Notes: generated by a model not told the origin, from the sequence alone. 64,000 bases of DNA from a bacterium (GCA_963676395.1 OY781066.1:1728001-1792000), one strand, 5' to 3'. Counted from the stretch's first letter, positions 30,584-39,990 are shown. Numbers and translations are program-made.

Positions 30584-31267
30584 ATGGAAGAACAAGTAAA
30601 AGAAACTTACGCAATGCCATTAATCGGGGACAGCGCACCGGCATTTACAGCCAATACAACTCAGGGAACGATTAATTTTCCTGAAGATTATAAAGGTAAA
30701 TGGGTTGTATTGTTCAGTCACCCAGCTGATTTCACACCGGTATGTACAACCGAATTTATGACTTTTGCCAGCATGAAAGAAGAATTTGCTGCATTGAATA
30801 CCGAACTAATAGGTCTTTCAATTGACAGCTTATACGCTCACATTGCCTGGTTGCGTACGATCAAAGAAAAAATTGAATACAAAGGCATGAAAGATGTGGA
30901 CGTTACTTTTCCGGTGATCGAAGATCTTAAAATGGACGTAGCCAAGAAATTCGGTATGGTCCAACCCAATGCTTCAACAACGCAAGCGGTTCGTGCCGTT
31001 TTTGTGATCGATCCGGACGGTAAGGTCCAGGCCATTATTTATTACCCGCTCTCGAATGGCCGGAATATGGATGAGATCAAACGACTGATCCTGGCTTTGC
31101 AGAAAACACGTAAGGACGGTGTAGCCACACCCGCCAACTGGCAGCCCGGTGATGACGTGATCATTCCTCCTCCAGGTTCATGCGGTGCTGCAAAAGATCG
31201 CGTTGAGTCAGAAGAAGAAGGAAAGTACTGCCTTGATTGGTTCATGTGCCTGAAGAAAGACAAGTAA
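30584..31267 (+). CDS. Peroxiredoxin (Prx6/TDXH type)
   Basis: FSHPADFTPVCTTE peroxidatic motif; ATPANWQPGD; C-terminal CLDWFMC. Confidence 0.93.
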   Translation: MEEQVKETYAMPLIGDSAPAFTANTTQGTINFPEDYKGKWVVLFSHPADFTPVCTTEFMTFASMKEEFAALNTELIGLSIDSLYAHIAWLRTIKEKIEYKGMKDVDVTFPVIEDLKMDVAKKFGMVQPNASTTQAVRAVFVIDPDGKVQAIIYYPLSNGRNMDEIKRLILALQKTRKDGVATPANWQPGDDVIIPPPGSCGAAKDRVESEEEGKYCLDWFMCLKKDK

Positions 31268-31300
31268 CATAATAAACACTAACATTTCGTTTTGCTCATT

Positions 31301-31331
31301 AAAAAAGGGTTGTTAAAAAACAACCCTTTTC
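31301..31331 (+). terminator. Intrinsic terminator
   Basis: AAAAGGGTTG-TTAAAAAA-CAACCCTTTT. Confidence 0.75.
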
Positions 31332-31473
31332 TTAATACAAAACTAACTTTTAAATTTTTTAAAATTTTGTTATAATATTTCGGATATTTGAGAGAGAGTA
31401 TTTCATCATTCCTGTTGAATGGTTCCTCCTCCAATATAAGTAAAAAAGAAAATCTGTATCTAAAACCGGAGAG

Positions 31474-33777
31474 ATGATGAAAAAGTTATTTGTTATTTTG
31501 TTATTAATTGGTCTGACACCACTTTTTGCGAACAGTTCGTTGGAATTCGATGGCATTGATGATTATGTCCAATTATCGTCCATATTGAACATAGGCAGCA
31601 GTAGCTCTACGATCGAAGCCTGGGTAAAGATCCCCACGGTGGGAACAGGTAATTTGATTTCGGATGAAAGAGTGGGGGTCATTATCGGGAATTGGGGTGT
31701 CGATGCAAATAACGTTGCATTGGAAGTCTATTCGGCAGGACAGTTACGATACTTCTGGAATAACGGTGAATTCGATCTGAAAGGATCAAAAGATCTCCGT
31801 GATGGAAGCTGGCATCATGTTGCTGCGGTAAGAGATAAAGTTAATGACTTGATTGTTATGTACGTTGACGGCGTTTTGGAATTTGATAATTCAAGTGCCG
31901 GAGCCGATTTCAACATTGTCCAAACCCATCGTATCGGTAGGGATAATCGAGGTGGAACACCGATCTCTTTTCATGGAGAGATCGATGAAGTGCGAGTATG
32001 GAATACGGCACGTACTCAAGCGGAGATCCGGGAATATATGTGTGAAGACGTCACCGGTGCCACCGGTTTGGTCGCATATTATCAAATGAGTGATGGCACA
32101 GGAACCTCCTTAACGGACAATAGCGGTAATAGCATTACAGGAACGCTGACTAACATGGACAACAGCGATTGGGTCAACGATAACCAGATCCCAAACGGCG
32201 ATGGAAGCACAATGCCCTACCAGATCAACGGATTGAACCAACTTTATTGGTTGTCTCAGAATTCCGCTTATTGGAGCGCGGACTTTGACCAGATCACCGA
32301 TATTACCGCCACGGCAACCGAGAGCTGGGACGGGGGCGCAGGATTTACTCCGATCGGAAACAACAGTACCAGATTTACCGGAACGTATGATGGGAATAAT
32401 TATGTGATCAATGACTTAAATATTGATAGAAATACCCAGATCGGTGTTGGTTTGTTCGGATATGCTTATAGCGGTGCTGCCATATCAAACGTGCATGTAT
32501 TAAATATGATTATGAGTGGTGATTTTGGGATCGGGGGTGTTGTGGGTGCTTTAAATTCATCAAGTATTAGTCAATGTTCATCAACCGGTACGATCTCTTG
32601 CAATCGCTATGCCGGCGGATTAGTCGGTAACTTGAACAGTGGAACGGTCAGCGAATGTTTCTCATCGGCATCAGTTAGTTACAGACCCGGGGGTAGCGGT
32701 GAAGGTCTCGGGGGACTGGCAGGCTATTCCGCTGGAACGATCCGTGATTGCTATGCAACCGGTGATATCAGTGGTGATTATAATGTTGGGGGGCTCACGG
32801 GAGCCGGTTTTTCGGGATCATCAACCATAAATTGTTATTCCACAGGCAGTGTCAGCGGAAGTTCACTTACTGGAGGCTTTATGGGATATGCAGACCCCGG
32901 AAATGAAGATCCGTTCGACCCTTGGATGAATGAGCCGGCAGCTGTAATCACAGCTTGTTTCTGGGATACGGAAGCATCGGGTAATGCCACCAGCGATGCC
33001 GGAGCCGGTAAAACAACGGCCGAAATGAAAACACTATCCACTTACACTGATTCCAGTTGGGACTTTATTGATGAAACTGTGAATGGCACCGATAATTATT
33101 GGGGTATCAATAACGAACAACATGACGGTTATCCTTTCCTAGCTTGGGAAGATTATACTCATAACTACAGCGATACGCCTCTGCCTGTCACCTTGGCATC
33201 TTTTAAAGCTACAGATGTTAAAGGCAAGGTCAAACTGACCTGGACCACTGAAAGTGAAACGCAAAATCTGGGTTATGTGCTGGAACGAAAAGTCAATAAT
33301 TCGGATTGGTGTGAAATCGCAAGCTATGTGAGTGACGCTGCATTGCAAGGGCGTGGAACGACCAGCGAAACGCATGATTATATCTATACAGACCGTGATG
33401 TGATTGCCGGTCAAACATATGGATATCGCTTAAGCGATGTCAGTGAAAGTAATGTGATCACCGAATTGGGCGTTGTTGAAGTCACGGTTGATGCTTCAGA
33501 CGATCTGACACCGGCAAACTTCGGATTGACCAACGCTTATCCTAATCCCTTCAACCCGGTTTTGACCATTCAGTATAACCTGACAGAAAGTGCTCAGACA
33601 ACGATCAAGATCCTGAACCTGGTGGGCCAGACGGTCGCCGTGCTGGATAATGGCTTCCGAGCCGCCGGTTTTCATGAGCTACAGTGGCAAGCGGATCATG
33701 CAGCATCGGGGATTTATTTTATCGAGATCATTTCTGGTAAGAAAAAAGATTTTAACAAGATATTATTAGCAAAGTAA
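31474..33777 (+). CDS. Secreted LamG + GLUG-repeat protein with T9SS-like CTD
   Basis: SLEFDGIDDYV, WHHVAAVRD, FHGEIDEVRVWN (LamG); GLFG/GGLVG/GGLAG repeats; LPVTLASF linker; YPNPFNP. Confidence 0.85.
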   Translation: MMKKLFVILLLIGLTPLFANSSLEFDGIDDYVQLSSILNIGSSSSTIEAWVKIPTVGTGNLISDERVGVIIGNWGVDANNVALEVYSAGQLRYFWNNGEFDLKGSKDLRDGSWHHVAAVRDKVNDLIVMYVDGVLEFDNSSAGADFNIVQTHRIGRDNRGGTPISFHGEIDEVRVWNTARTQAEIREYMCEDVTGATGLVAYYQMSDGTGTSLTDNSGNSITGTLTNMDNSDWVNDNQIPNGDGSTMPYQINGLNQLYWLSQNSAYWSADFDQITDITATATESWDGGAGFTPIGNNSTRFTGTYDGNNYVINDLNIDRNTQIGVGLFGYAYSGAAISNVHVLNMIMSGDFGIGGVVGALNSSSISQCSSTGTISCNRYAGGLVGNLNSGTVSECFSSASVSYRPGGSGEGLGGLAGYSAGTIRDCYATGDISGDYNVGGLTGAGFSGSSTINCYSTGSVSGSSLTGGFMGYADPGNEDPFDPWMNEPAAVITACFWDTEASGNATSDAGAGKTTAEMKTLSTYTDSSWDFIDETVNGTDNYWGINNEQHDGYPFLAWEDYTHNYSDTPLPVTLASFKATDVKGKVKLTWTTESETQNLGYVLERKVNNSDWCEIASYVSDAALQGRGTTSETHDYIYTDRDVIAGQTYGYRLSDVSESNVITELGVVEVTVDASDDLTPANFGLTNAYPNPFNPVLTIQYNLTESAQTTIKILNLVGQTVAVLDNGFRAAGFHELQWQADHAASGIYFIEIISGKKKDFNKILLAK

Positions 33778-33988
33778 AATGAATTAATAAGAAGACGAAT
33801 AGATAAAATAAATAATTATTAATTGACAATTTTATATTTATTTTTATCTTTTGGTACATTATATTGACTTATGTTTAATAATTAATGATAACACAATAAA
33901 TTACTATTTGAGCTTATTTAAATAATGTGAGTAGCTATGCAAGTTGAGTTGATTTGTAAGTTATTGATTTATAGGAAATTATAAAGCT

Positions 33989-34213
33989 ATGGAAAAAGAT
34001 CCAAAAAACGTCAAGAAAGAAACGACGGTTCCGGTTGAAGGTTCACTTGGGCTATTGGCATTGGGTGCTGTAGGGATTCGTGCATGGAAAGAAAGAAGAA
34101 AAGAAGTCGGATATATTAATCTTAATACCAATTTCATTAAGAAAAAACCGGAGGGGTTGAAGGCCGAGGCAAACAAGAAAACTCAGGTCCAAGGAAAAGA
34201 GGACAAAAAATGA
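33989..34213 (+). CDS. 74-aa micro-protein containing a PEP-CTERM-like motif
   Basis: VPVEGSLGLLALGAVGIRAWKERRK; stop overlaps the next ATG (ATGA). Confidence 0.7.
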   Translation: MEKDPKNVKKETTVPVEGSLGLLALGAVGIRAWKERRKEVGYINLNTNFIKKKPEGLKAEANKKTQVQGKEDKK

Positions 34214-36225
34214 GTAAACGCAAAGCGAATAAAGTCCTCTTGATTGGTTGGGACGCCGCCGACTGGAAAGTGATCAACAAACTCATTGATGAAGGCAAAA
34301 TGCCCACGATGAGCAAATTCGTGAATGAAGGTGTGATGGGAAATCTTGCAACATTAGATCCTCCTCTATCACCCATGCTTTGGACCAGTATAGCCACCGG
34401 TAAACACGCCGATGAACACGGCATTATGGGCTTTATACAGCCCAACAAGAATGGTGACGGCGTTACGCCCGTACTGTCTACCTCCCGAAAAGTAAAAGCC
34501 TTGTGGAATATCCTCATGCAGGAAGGTATGAAGTCCAATGTTGTTAGCTGGTGGCCCTCGCATCCCGCTGAACCCATTGATGGAATATATGTTTCAAACT
34601 TTTATCATAAACTCAGCAGTCGCGTCAATTTTCAAAAGCCTATGTCGGACTCAACGGTTCACCCAAAGGAATTACACAAAATCCTTGAAGATTTACGCGT
34701 TTTCCCATGGGAATTGACAAGCGAGCATTTACTCCCCTTTGTGCCGAATGCGGCCAAGATCAACCAAGAAAAAGATTACCGTCTGAATTCGATCGCTAAA
34801 ATTCTTGCCGAGACGGCGACTATTCATTCTGCGGCCACCTATGTAATGGAAAACAGTGAATGGGACCTCATGGCCGTTTACTACGATGGCATTGATCACT
34901 TCGGTCACGGTTTTATGAATTATTATCCGCCAAAGATGGAAAAAGTCGAACAAAAAGATTTTGAACTCTACAAAGGTGTGGTTGAAGCCGGTTACCGTTT
35001 TCATGATATGATGCTGGAGCGTTTGCTTGAATTGGCGGGTGAAAACACTACGGTTATTATTTGCTCCGACCATGGATTTCATTCGGATCACTTGCGCCCA
35101 AAAAGCTTATCAAAAGCTCCTGCCGCTCCTGCTGCGCAACATCGACCGTTTGGAATTTTTGCCGCGAAAGGCCTTCATATTAAAAAAGATGAGATCGTTT
35201 ACGGTTCTACAATATTGGATATTACTCCGACTATTCTGGATCTATTTGGATTGCCTATCGGTGAAGACATGGTGGGAAAACCCATTTTGCAGATGTACGA
35301 AAATCCTGAAGCGCCTGATTATATCCCATCCTGGGAAAACGTTCCCGGTGAATGTGGCATGCATGCCGAAGAACAGCGAAGCGATCCCTGGGCGGACAAA
35401 GAAGCCATGGAGCAGCTGATCGCACTGGGATATATTGAAGCACCGGGTGAAGATGTAAAAGAATATGTCGATAAAACGGCACGTGAATCCAAATTCTATC
35501 TTGCTCGTACATATCTTGACTCTAATCGCCCTCAGAAGGCGTTGGATATTCTCGAAACTATTTATAAAGAAGCACCTGATCAAGCTCGTTATGGTCAGTA
35601 TCTGATCAAATGTTATCTTGAATTGAATCGTCCTGACGATGGGATGAGGGTTCTTGAAAAATTAAGAAAGGCTTTTCCAAAAAGTGTAACACAAGCCAAT
35701 TTGTTGGAAGCACGCTTATGGCTGAAAAAAGGCGACATTGATCTTGCACAAGATTTTCTTGAAAAAGCAAAGAATATGTCAGAGGATAATTTTACGGCCA
35801 CGCTAGAACTGGGAAACGTTTACTTAATGAAAAAGATGTATACCAAAGCCGAAACATGCTATTTGGAATGTATTAAAATCAATCCCAGTTCACCTATGAG
35901 CCATTTTGGTTTAGGCAGAACTTATCTTCAACTGGAAAAGAACATGGATGCGGCTGAGCAATTGATAACTGCCGTCTCCTTGAAATATTTTTTCCCGGTA
36001 GCGCATTACTTTCTTGGTGATGCCTTGTTGAGGTTGAACTATCGCGAGAGAGCGCTGGAGGCCTATCAGATCGCTATTCAACAGGCACCGGGGATGGAAA
36101 AAGCACATAAGCGATTGATCAAGCTTTATAAGGAGATTTTTGACATGCCGGATAAGGCTAAGGAGCATGAAGATTTCATTAAAGAAAAGATTGAACCGAT
36201 CAAAAAGAAGAAAGAGAAAGCATGA
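34210..36225 (+). CDS. Alkaline-phosphatase-superfamily (nucleotide pyrophosphatase/phosphodiesterase-like) protein with C-terminal TPRs
   Basis: LLIGWDAADW, PPLSPMLWTSIATG, GIDHFGH, SDHGF metal-site motifs; EQLIALGYIE; TPR helices; no signal peptide. Confidence 0.88.
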   Translation: MSKRKANKVLLIGWDAADWKVINKLIDEGKMPTMSKFVNEGVMGNLATLDPPLSPMLWTSIATGKHADEHGIMGFIQPNKNGDGVTPVLSTSRKVKALWNILMQEGMKSNVVSWWPSHPAEPIDGIYVSNFYHKLSSRVNFQKPMSDSTVHPKELHKILEDLRVFPWELTSEHLLPFVPNAAKINQEKDYRLNSIAKILAETATIHSAATYVMENSEWDLMAVYYDGIDHFGHGFMNYYPPKMEKVEQKDFELYKGVVEAGYRFHDMMLERLLELAGENTTVIICSDHGFHSDHLRPKSLSKAPAAPAAQHRPFGIFAAKGLHIKKDEIVYGSTILDITPTILDLFGLPIGEDMVGKPILQMYENPEAPDYIPSWENVPGECGMHAEEQRSDPWADKEAMEQLIALGYIEAPGEDVKEYVDKTARESKFYLARTYLDSNRPQKALDILETIYKEAPDQARYGQYLIKCYLELNRPDDGMRVLEKLRKAFPKSVTQANLLEARLWLKKGDIDLAQDFLEKAKNMSEDNFTATLELGNVYLMKKMYTKAETCYLECIKINPSSPMSHFGLGRTYLQLEKNMDAAEQLITAVSLKYFFPVAHYFLGDALLRLNYRERALEAYQIAIQQAPGMEKAHKRLIKLYKEIFDMPDKAKEHEDFIKEKIEPIKKKKEKA

Positions 36226-36788
36226 TCACGATCGTATCCGGATTACCCAGAAGCGGAACCTCACTCATGATGCAAATGCTTGAAAAAGGCGGTATGCCGA
36301 TTTTGACGGACGGTGTTCGTAAACCTGACGATAATAATCAAAACGGCTATTATGAATATGAAAAAGTAAAAGGCCTGATGAAGGATAACAGTTGGCTGGA
36401 TGAGGCTGAAGGTAAGGTGGTTAAAGTAATATCCGGATTACTGTCGTTTTTATCTGACAATCATGAATATAAGATAATCTTAATGCGACGGGATATTGAA
36501 GAAGTATTAAGCTCTCAGGCTAAAATGCTGGAACGGCTGGGCACCTCTCAAAAAGTCGACCCCGGGATCCTAAAGATGACCTTTGAAAAACAATTTGAGA
36601 TGGTCAGGACAATGATGCTGAAGAAAGAGAATATGCAGTTTGTTGAAATTTCGTATCGTGATCTTGTGTTGGCACCCGAAAATGAGATTAAAAAGATCAA
36701 CGGATTTTTTGGAAATATTTTTAATCAAGAAATAATGATCACGGCGATTGATAAAACACTTTATAGAGAAAAGAAATTGGATCTGTAA
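36222..36788 (+). CDS. PAPS-dependent sulfotransferase family protein
   Basis: GLPRSGTSLM 5'-PSB loop; RRDIEEVLSS 3'-PB motif; ATGA overlap with the upstream gene. Confidence 0.88.
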   Translation: MITIVSGLPRSGTSLMMQMLEKGGMPILTDGVRKPDDNNQNGYYEYEKVKGLMKDNSWLDEAEGKVVKVISGLLSFLSDNHEYKIILMRRDIEEVLSSQAKMLERLGTSQKVDPGILKMTFEKQFEMVRTMMLKKENMQFVEISYRDLVLAPENEIKKINGFFGNIFNQEIMITAIDKTLYREKKLDL

Positions 36789-36809
36789 AGCAAAAAATGG
36801 AGATAGAAA

Positions 36810-38003
36810 ATGAAAAAGAAAACATCACGTACCGTAGAGAAACTGCAATTAAATAAGATTGCGGGTTATTCCTTGCTTACCGGAGCAACTATGTTGCTGG
36901 CACCGATAAGCGCTAAAGCGGATATTGTTCATGTGGATCCCGAGGATATTATTGTAGACAAATCAAACAACTATGACATTGATATTGATAATAATGGGAT
37001 CAATGATTTTAAAATTCGACAAGGAGATATAAATTTGCCATTTTCATCATACCAGTCAGATCTTACAGTAAGTGCTTATGAAGGAAATTATATTTCTACA
37101 TCAAATGGATGGATTGCAAAACAATCGAGCAGTATTTCAGTTAACAGCGCGAATATTTGGAAGAACGCCGCTCGCTTTTTAAGTGGTACTAGATATTATA
37201 GTAGTTCTTGGATGACATTAAATGGGAATTGGGAAAGCAATGCCGATGAAAAGTATTTTGGTATTAAATTTGATATTTCCGGTTCAACCCATTATGGCTG
37301 GATAAGGGCTAGCGTAGAGAACAATGTAGGAGATTTAAAGGTCACCATTCATGATTGGGCCTACGAGGATCAGCCGAATACTTCGATAAAGACAGGCGAG
37401 ACGGTTCTTCCCATTGAATTGGCGAATTTTGCTATTGACGAAGAAGACGGAGCTGTGCGGTTGAATTGGCAAACCGCCTCCGAGACTGAGAACAGCGGGT
37501 TTATTATTCAGAGGAAAACTGTTGGTTCCGATTGGGAAAACTTAGTTGATTTTTATAGCGATCCTAAACTGGCAGGACAAGGGACAACAAGTGAAACACA
37601 TGATTATTCCTGGTTGGATAATAGTGTTGAGCCTGGAATGAGCTACCAATACCGTCTGGGTGATGTCGATCATGCGAATACGATCGTTTGGCACGATGCA
37701 GTTGACATTACGGTCTCTGAAGAACTCGCGCACATGCCGGCTGAGTTCGGTTTGCAGTCAGCATTTCCCAACCCATTTAATCCCACGCTCACTATTCGAT
37801 ACGATTTGACCGAAAGTGCCAAGACTAGCGTTAAGATTTTAGATCTGGCGGGCCAGACGGTCGCCGTGCTGGATAATGGTTTCCGAGCTGCCGGTTCTCA
37901 TGAGCTGCAGTGGCGGGCGGATGATGCTGCATCAGGGATCTATTTTGTGCAGTTGCAATCCGGGGATCAACTTGATTTTCAGAAAGTACTTTTAGTTAAA
38001 TAA
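36810..38003 (+). CDS. Secreted protein with YFGIKF...THYGWIR domain and T9SS-like CTD
   Basis: Extended signal peptide ending AKA/DIV; DIDNNGINDF; KYFGIKFDISGSTHYGWIR...DWAYEDQPN; LPIELANF linker; FPNPFNP CTD. Confidence 0.8.
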   Translation: MKKKTSRTVEKLQLNKIAGYSLLTGATMLLAPISAKADIVHVDPEDIIVDKSNNYDIDIDNNGINDFKIRQGDINLPFSSYQSDLTVSAYEGNYISTSNGWIAKQSSSISVNSANIWKNAARFLSGTRYYSSSWMTLNGNWESNADEKYFGIKFDISGSTHYGWIRASVENNVGDLKVTIHDWAYEDQPNTSIKTGETVLPIELANFAIDEEDGAVRLNWQTASETENSGFIIQRKTVGSDWENLVDFYSDPKLAGQGTTSETHDYSWLDNSVEPGMSYQYRLGDVDHANTIVWHDAVDITVSEELAHMPAEFGLQSAFPNPFNPTLTIRYDLTESAKTSVKILDLAGQTVAVLDNGFRAAGSHELQWRADDAASGIYFVQLQSGDQLDFQKVLLVK

Positions 38004-38024
38004 TTAAATTTAAATGATATTGAC

Positions 38025-38047
38025 TGGCCGGCAATTGCCGGCCATTT
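38025..38047 (+). terminator. Terminator-like hairpin
   Basis: TGGCCGGCAATTGCCGGCCA followed by TTT. Confidence 0.65.
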
Positions 38048-38123
38048 ACATATTGACATTTAAAAAATAAATACTTATTATTATATGTTAGTAAAATAAA
38101 TGTAATTAAGTAAAGGAAATAAC

Positions 38124-38801
38124 ATGAGGACTATAATTTTACAATTGAAAAATGTATTTCAATTAGTTGTAATTGTATTTCTGGGCTTTCTTTTTATAGA
38201 TTGTGATTTGAATATTTTCAAACCTAATCAAAGGGAATATTTCCCGGTTTCAGTCGGCAATACTTGGACTTTTAATTCGATATATAAGTATTGGTATAAT
38301 GATCTTGGAACATCATCTAAGAATCATTATGAAGGAGTAGAAATCTGGGAAATTATAGCTAATAATGGTGATACACTAACTTTAGAAATTAGTTTTAACG
38401 GATATAGTTATTTTCTGGTTTATTATGATGATTGTGATCTTTATGGGGGTCCTTATTTAGATTCGACTCGAATAGATGTTAGGAAAGTAATTAAATTATT
38501 ACCACAAAATAGTTGTTGGAAATATAACTCAACCACTGAGTCAAATACTTCGTTTAACAAAATACCAGGCTTGATGCTTATAAAAGATTCTGGAATTCCA
38601 TATAAAATAGACAGCAATGAACTTGTAGTTCGAGACACGATTTATGATACCTCCGATGACCATTCAGGAGATATATCTGGTTATTTGTATTGGGATATCA
38701 CGTTACACCAGGGACCAATATTTGGGAAGCGACTCGAATCAACATGGTATTGGGGTAATAGCCAGAGTATTGAATTGTTATTTCATTCTTTGAATGAGTA
38801 A
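38124..38801 (+). CDS. Hypothetical exported, possibly lipoprotein
   Basis: Hydrophobic N-terminus with Cys; YFPVSVGNTWTF motif; AAGGA RBS. Confidence 0.65.
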   Translation: MRTIILQLKNVFQLVVIVFLGFLFIDCDLNIFKPNQREYFPVSVGNTWTFNSIYKYWYNDLGTSSKNHYEGVEIWEIIANNGDTLTLEISFNGYSYFLVYYDDCDLYGGPYLDSTRIDVRKVIKLLPQNSCWKYNSTTESNTSFNKIPGLMLIKDSGIPYKIDSNELVVRDTIYDTSDDHSGDISGYLYWDITLHQGPIFGKRLESTWYWGNSQSIELLFHSLNE

Positions 38802-38899
38802 ATGTATACGGAACAGGCGTGCCTGTTTCGAATAATTGAGATATATAAAGAGACGCAAATTCTTGCGTCTCTTTTATTTTCGCATGATATTGCAACTTC

Positions 38900-38928
38900 T
38901 TGACAAATCGGGAGTTAAAGGGTATATT
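38900..38928 (+). promoter_or_regulatory. sigma70 promoter of ssrA
   Basis: TTGACA-17 nt-TATATT. Confidence 0.75.
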
Positions 38929-38946
38929 AGTCAGCTTTTTGATATT

Positions 38947-39295
38947 GGGGGTGTAAAGGTTTCGACAGGGCGGGTAGGTCGGAATGTAAGCGTGTCGTGG
39001 TGTTCAGGATCCCACGTAAATCAATCTGAAATTCAATTTAAATGCAGATAATTTTGCATACGCTGCTTAATTAAATAGTAGCCGTCCATCCAGGCTTTGT
39101 TCGTGGGTTTGGAATGGGCGCCATTTTACGAACTCGCATTTGCCAGTGATTGCGGGGTAAATGTTAAAAACTGCGATCTGGTTCTTTTTGTATTTGATCA
39201 TTGATGCATAAAGAATAAGAAATCTCGATGATCTACGCACGTAGAAAGCATCTTGGTCTCCGTTTTGGACCCGGGTTCGATTCCCGGCACCTCCA
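38947..39295 (+). ncRNA. ssrA: tmRNA; tag peptide (A)ADNFAYAA*
   Basis: 5' GGGGGTGTAAAGGTTTCGAC; 3' GGACCCGGGTTCGATTCCCGGCACCTCCA; tag frame GCA GAT AAT TTT GCA TAC GCT GCT TAA at 39044-39070. Confidence 0.95.
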
Positions 39296-39480
39296 CACTT
39301 CGCTCGAAGCGTGAAGTGTGCCCTTCGAAGTTCATCTTTAGATGAACGAAGAATGGGCTGATCAAATAAAACCATTCTTAAACACTCTTCGAGCTACGCA
39401 TGGCAGGCCACAATTTGTGATGTACATCACAATTAGTAATTCTTTCCTGAATTTGCCTGAAATATTAATTATTTTTAGAT

Positions 39481-39726
39481 ATGTATTATGTTTACATCCT
39501 GAAAAGTGAAATCAATTCAAAAGAAACATATACAGGTTATAGCAGTGATCTGAAAAAGCGATTAACCGCGCATAACAATGGTGAGTGTAGGCATACTTCA
39601 AAATATAGGCTATGGAAAGTTATTTGGTACAGTGCTTTTGAAGATAAATTAAAAGCAATTCAGTTTAAAAAATACCTGAAATCCAGTTCAGGAAAAGCAT
39701 TTACAAATAAAGGATTAATTAATTGA
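39481..39726 (+). CDS. Small GIY-YIG nuclease family protein
   Basis: MYYVYILKS...YTGYSSDLKKRLTAHNNG...HTSKYR...KYLKSSSGKAF. Confidence 0.88.
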   Translation: MYYVYILKSEINSKETYTGYSSDLKKRLTAHNNGECRHTSKYRLWKVIWYSAFEDKLKAIQFKKYLKSSSGKAFTNKGLIN

Positions 39727-39990
39727 TTCGCTCGAAGAGACAATAATCAAACTCTAATAACCAACTATTGAACTACGCTGTAGTTCTTATTTTTTTGGAT
39801 AACTTTTCTATACTATTTGACCACTCTGTGGTCCCTTCGAATAAAGAACAATAGAAAATTAAGCACTCGAATAATAAAGAAGAAGCTATATTATTTCAGA
39901 ATTCTTATAGAGCAATGGATAATTATTTGATTTATGAGTAAAGCCATCAAGTAAATCCTGTTATCCTGTCGAAATAAATCCGGTCAATGG

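Noticed and set aside
34137..36168. Several antisense and alternate-frame ORFs over the AlkP-TPR gene
   Set aside because: Expected shadows in a higher-GC gene; no RBS or motif support.
38836..39375. ORFs 38836-39051 (+) and 39067-39375 (-)
   Set aside because: They overlap the tmRNA gene and its promoter; shadow ORFs.
38947..39990. Prophage or integrative element at ssrA
   Set aside because: No integrase, phage genes or duplicated ssrA 3' end found.
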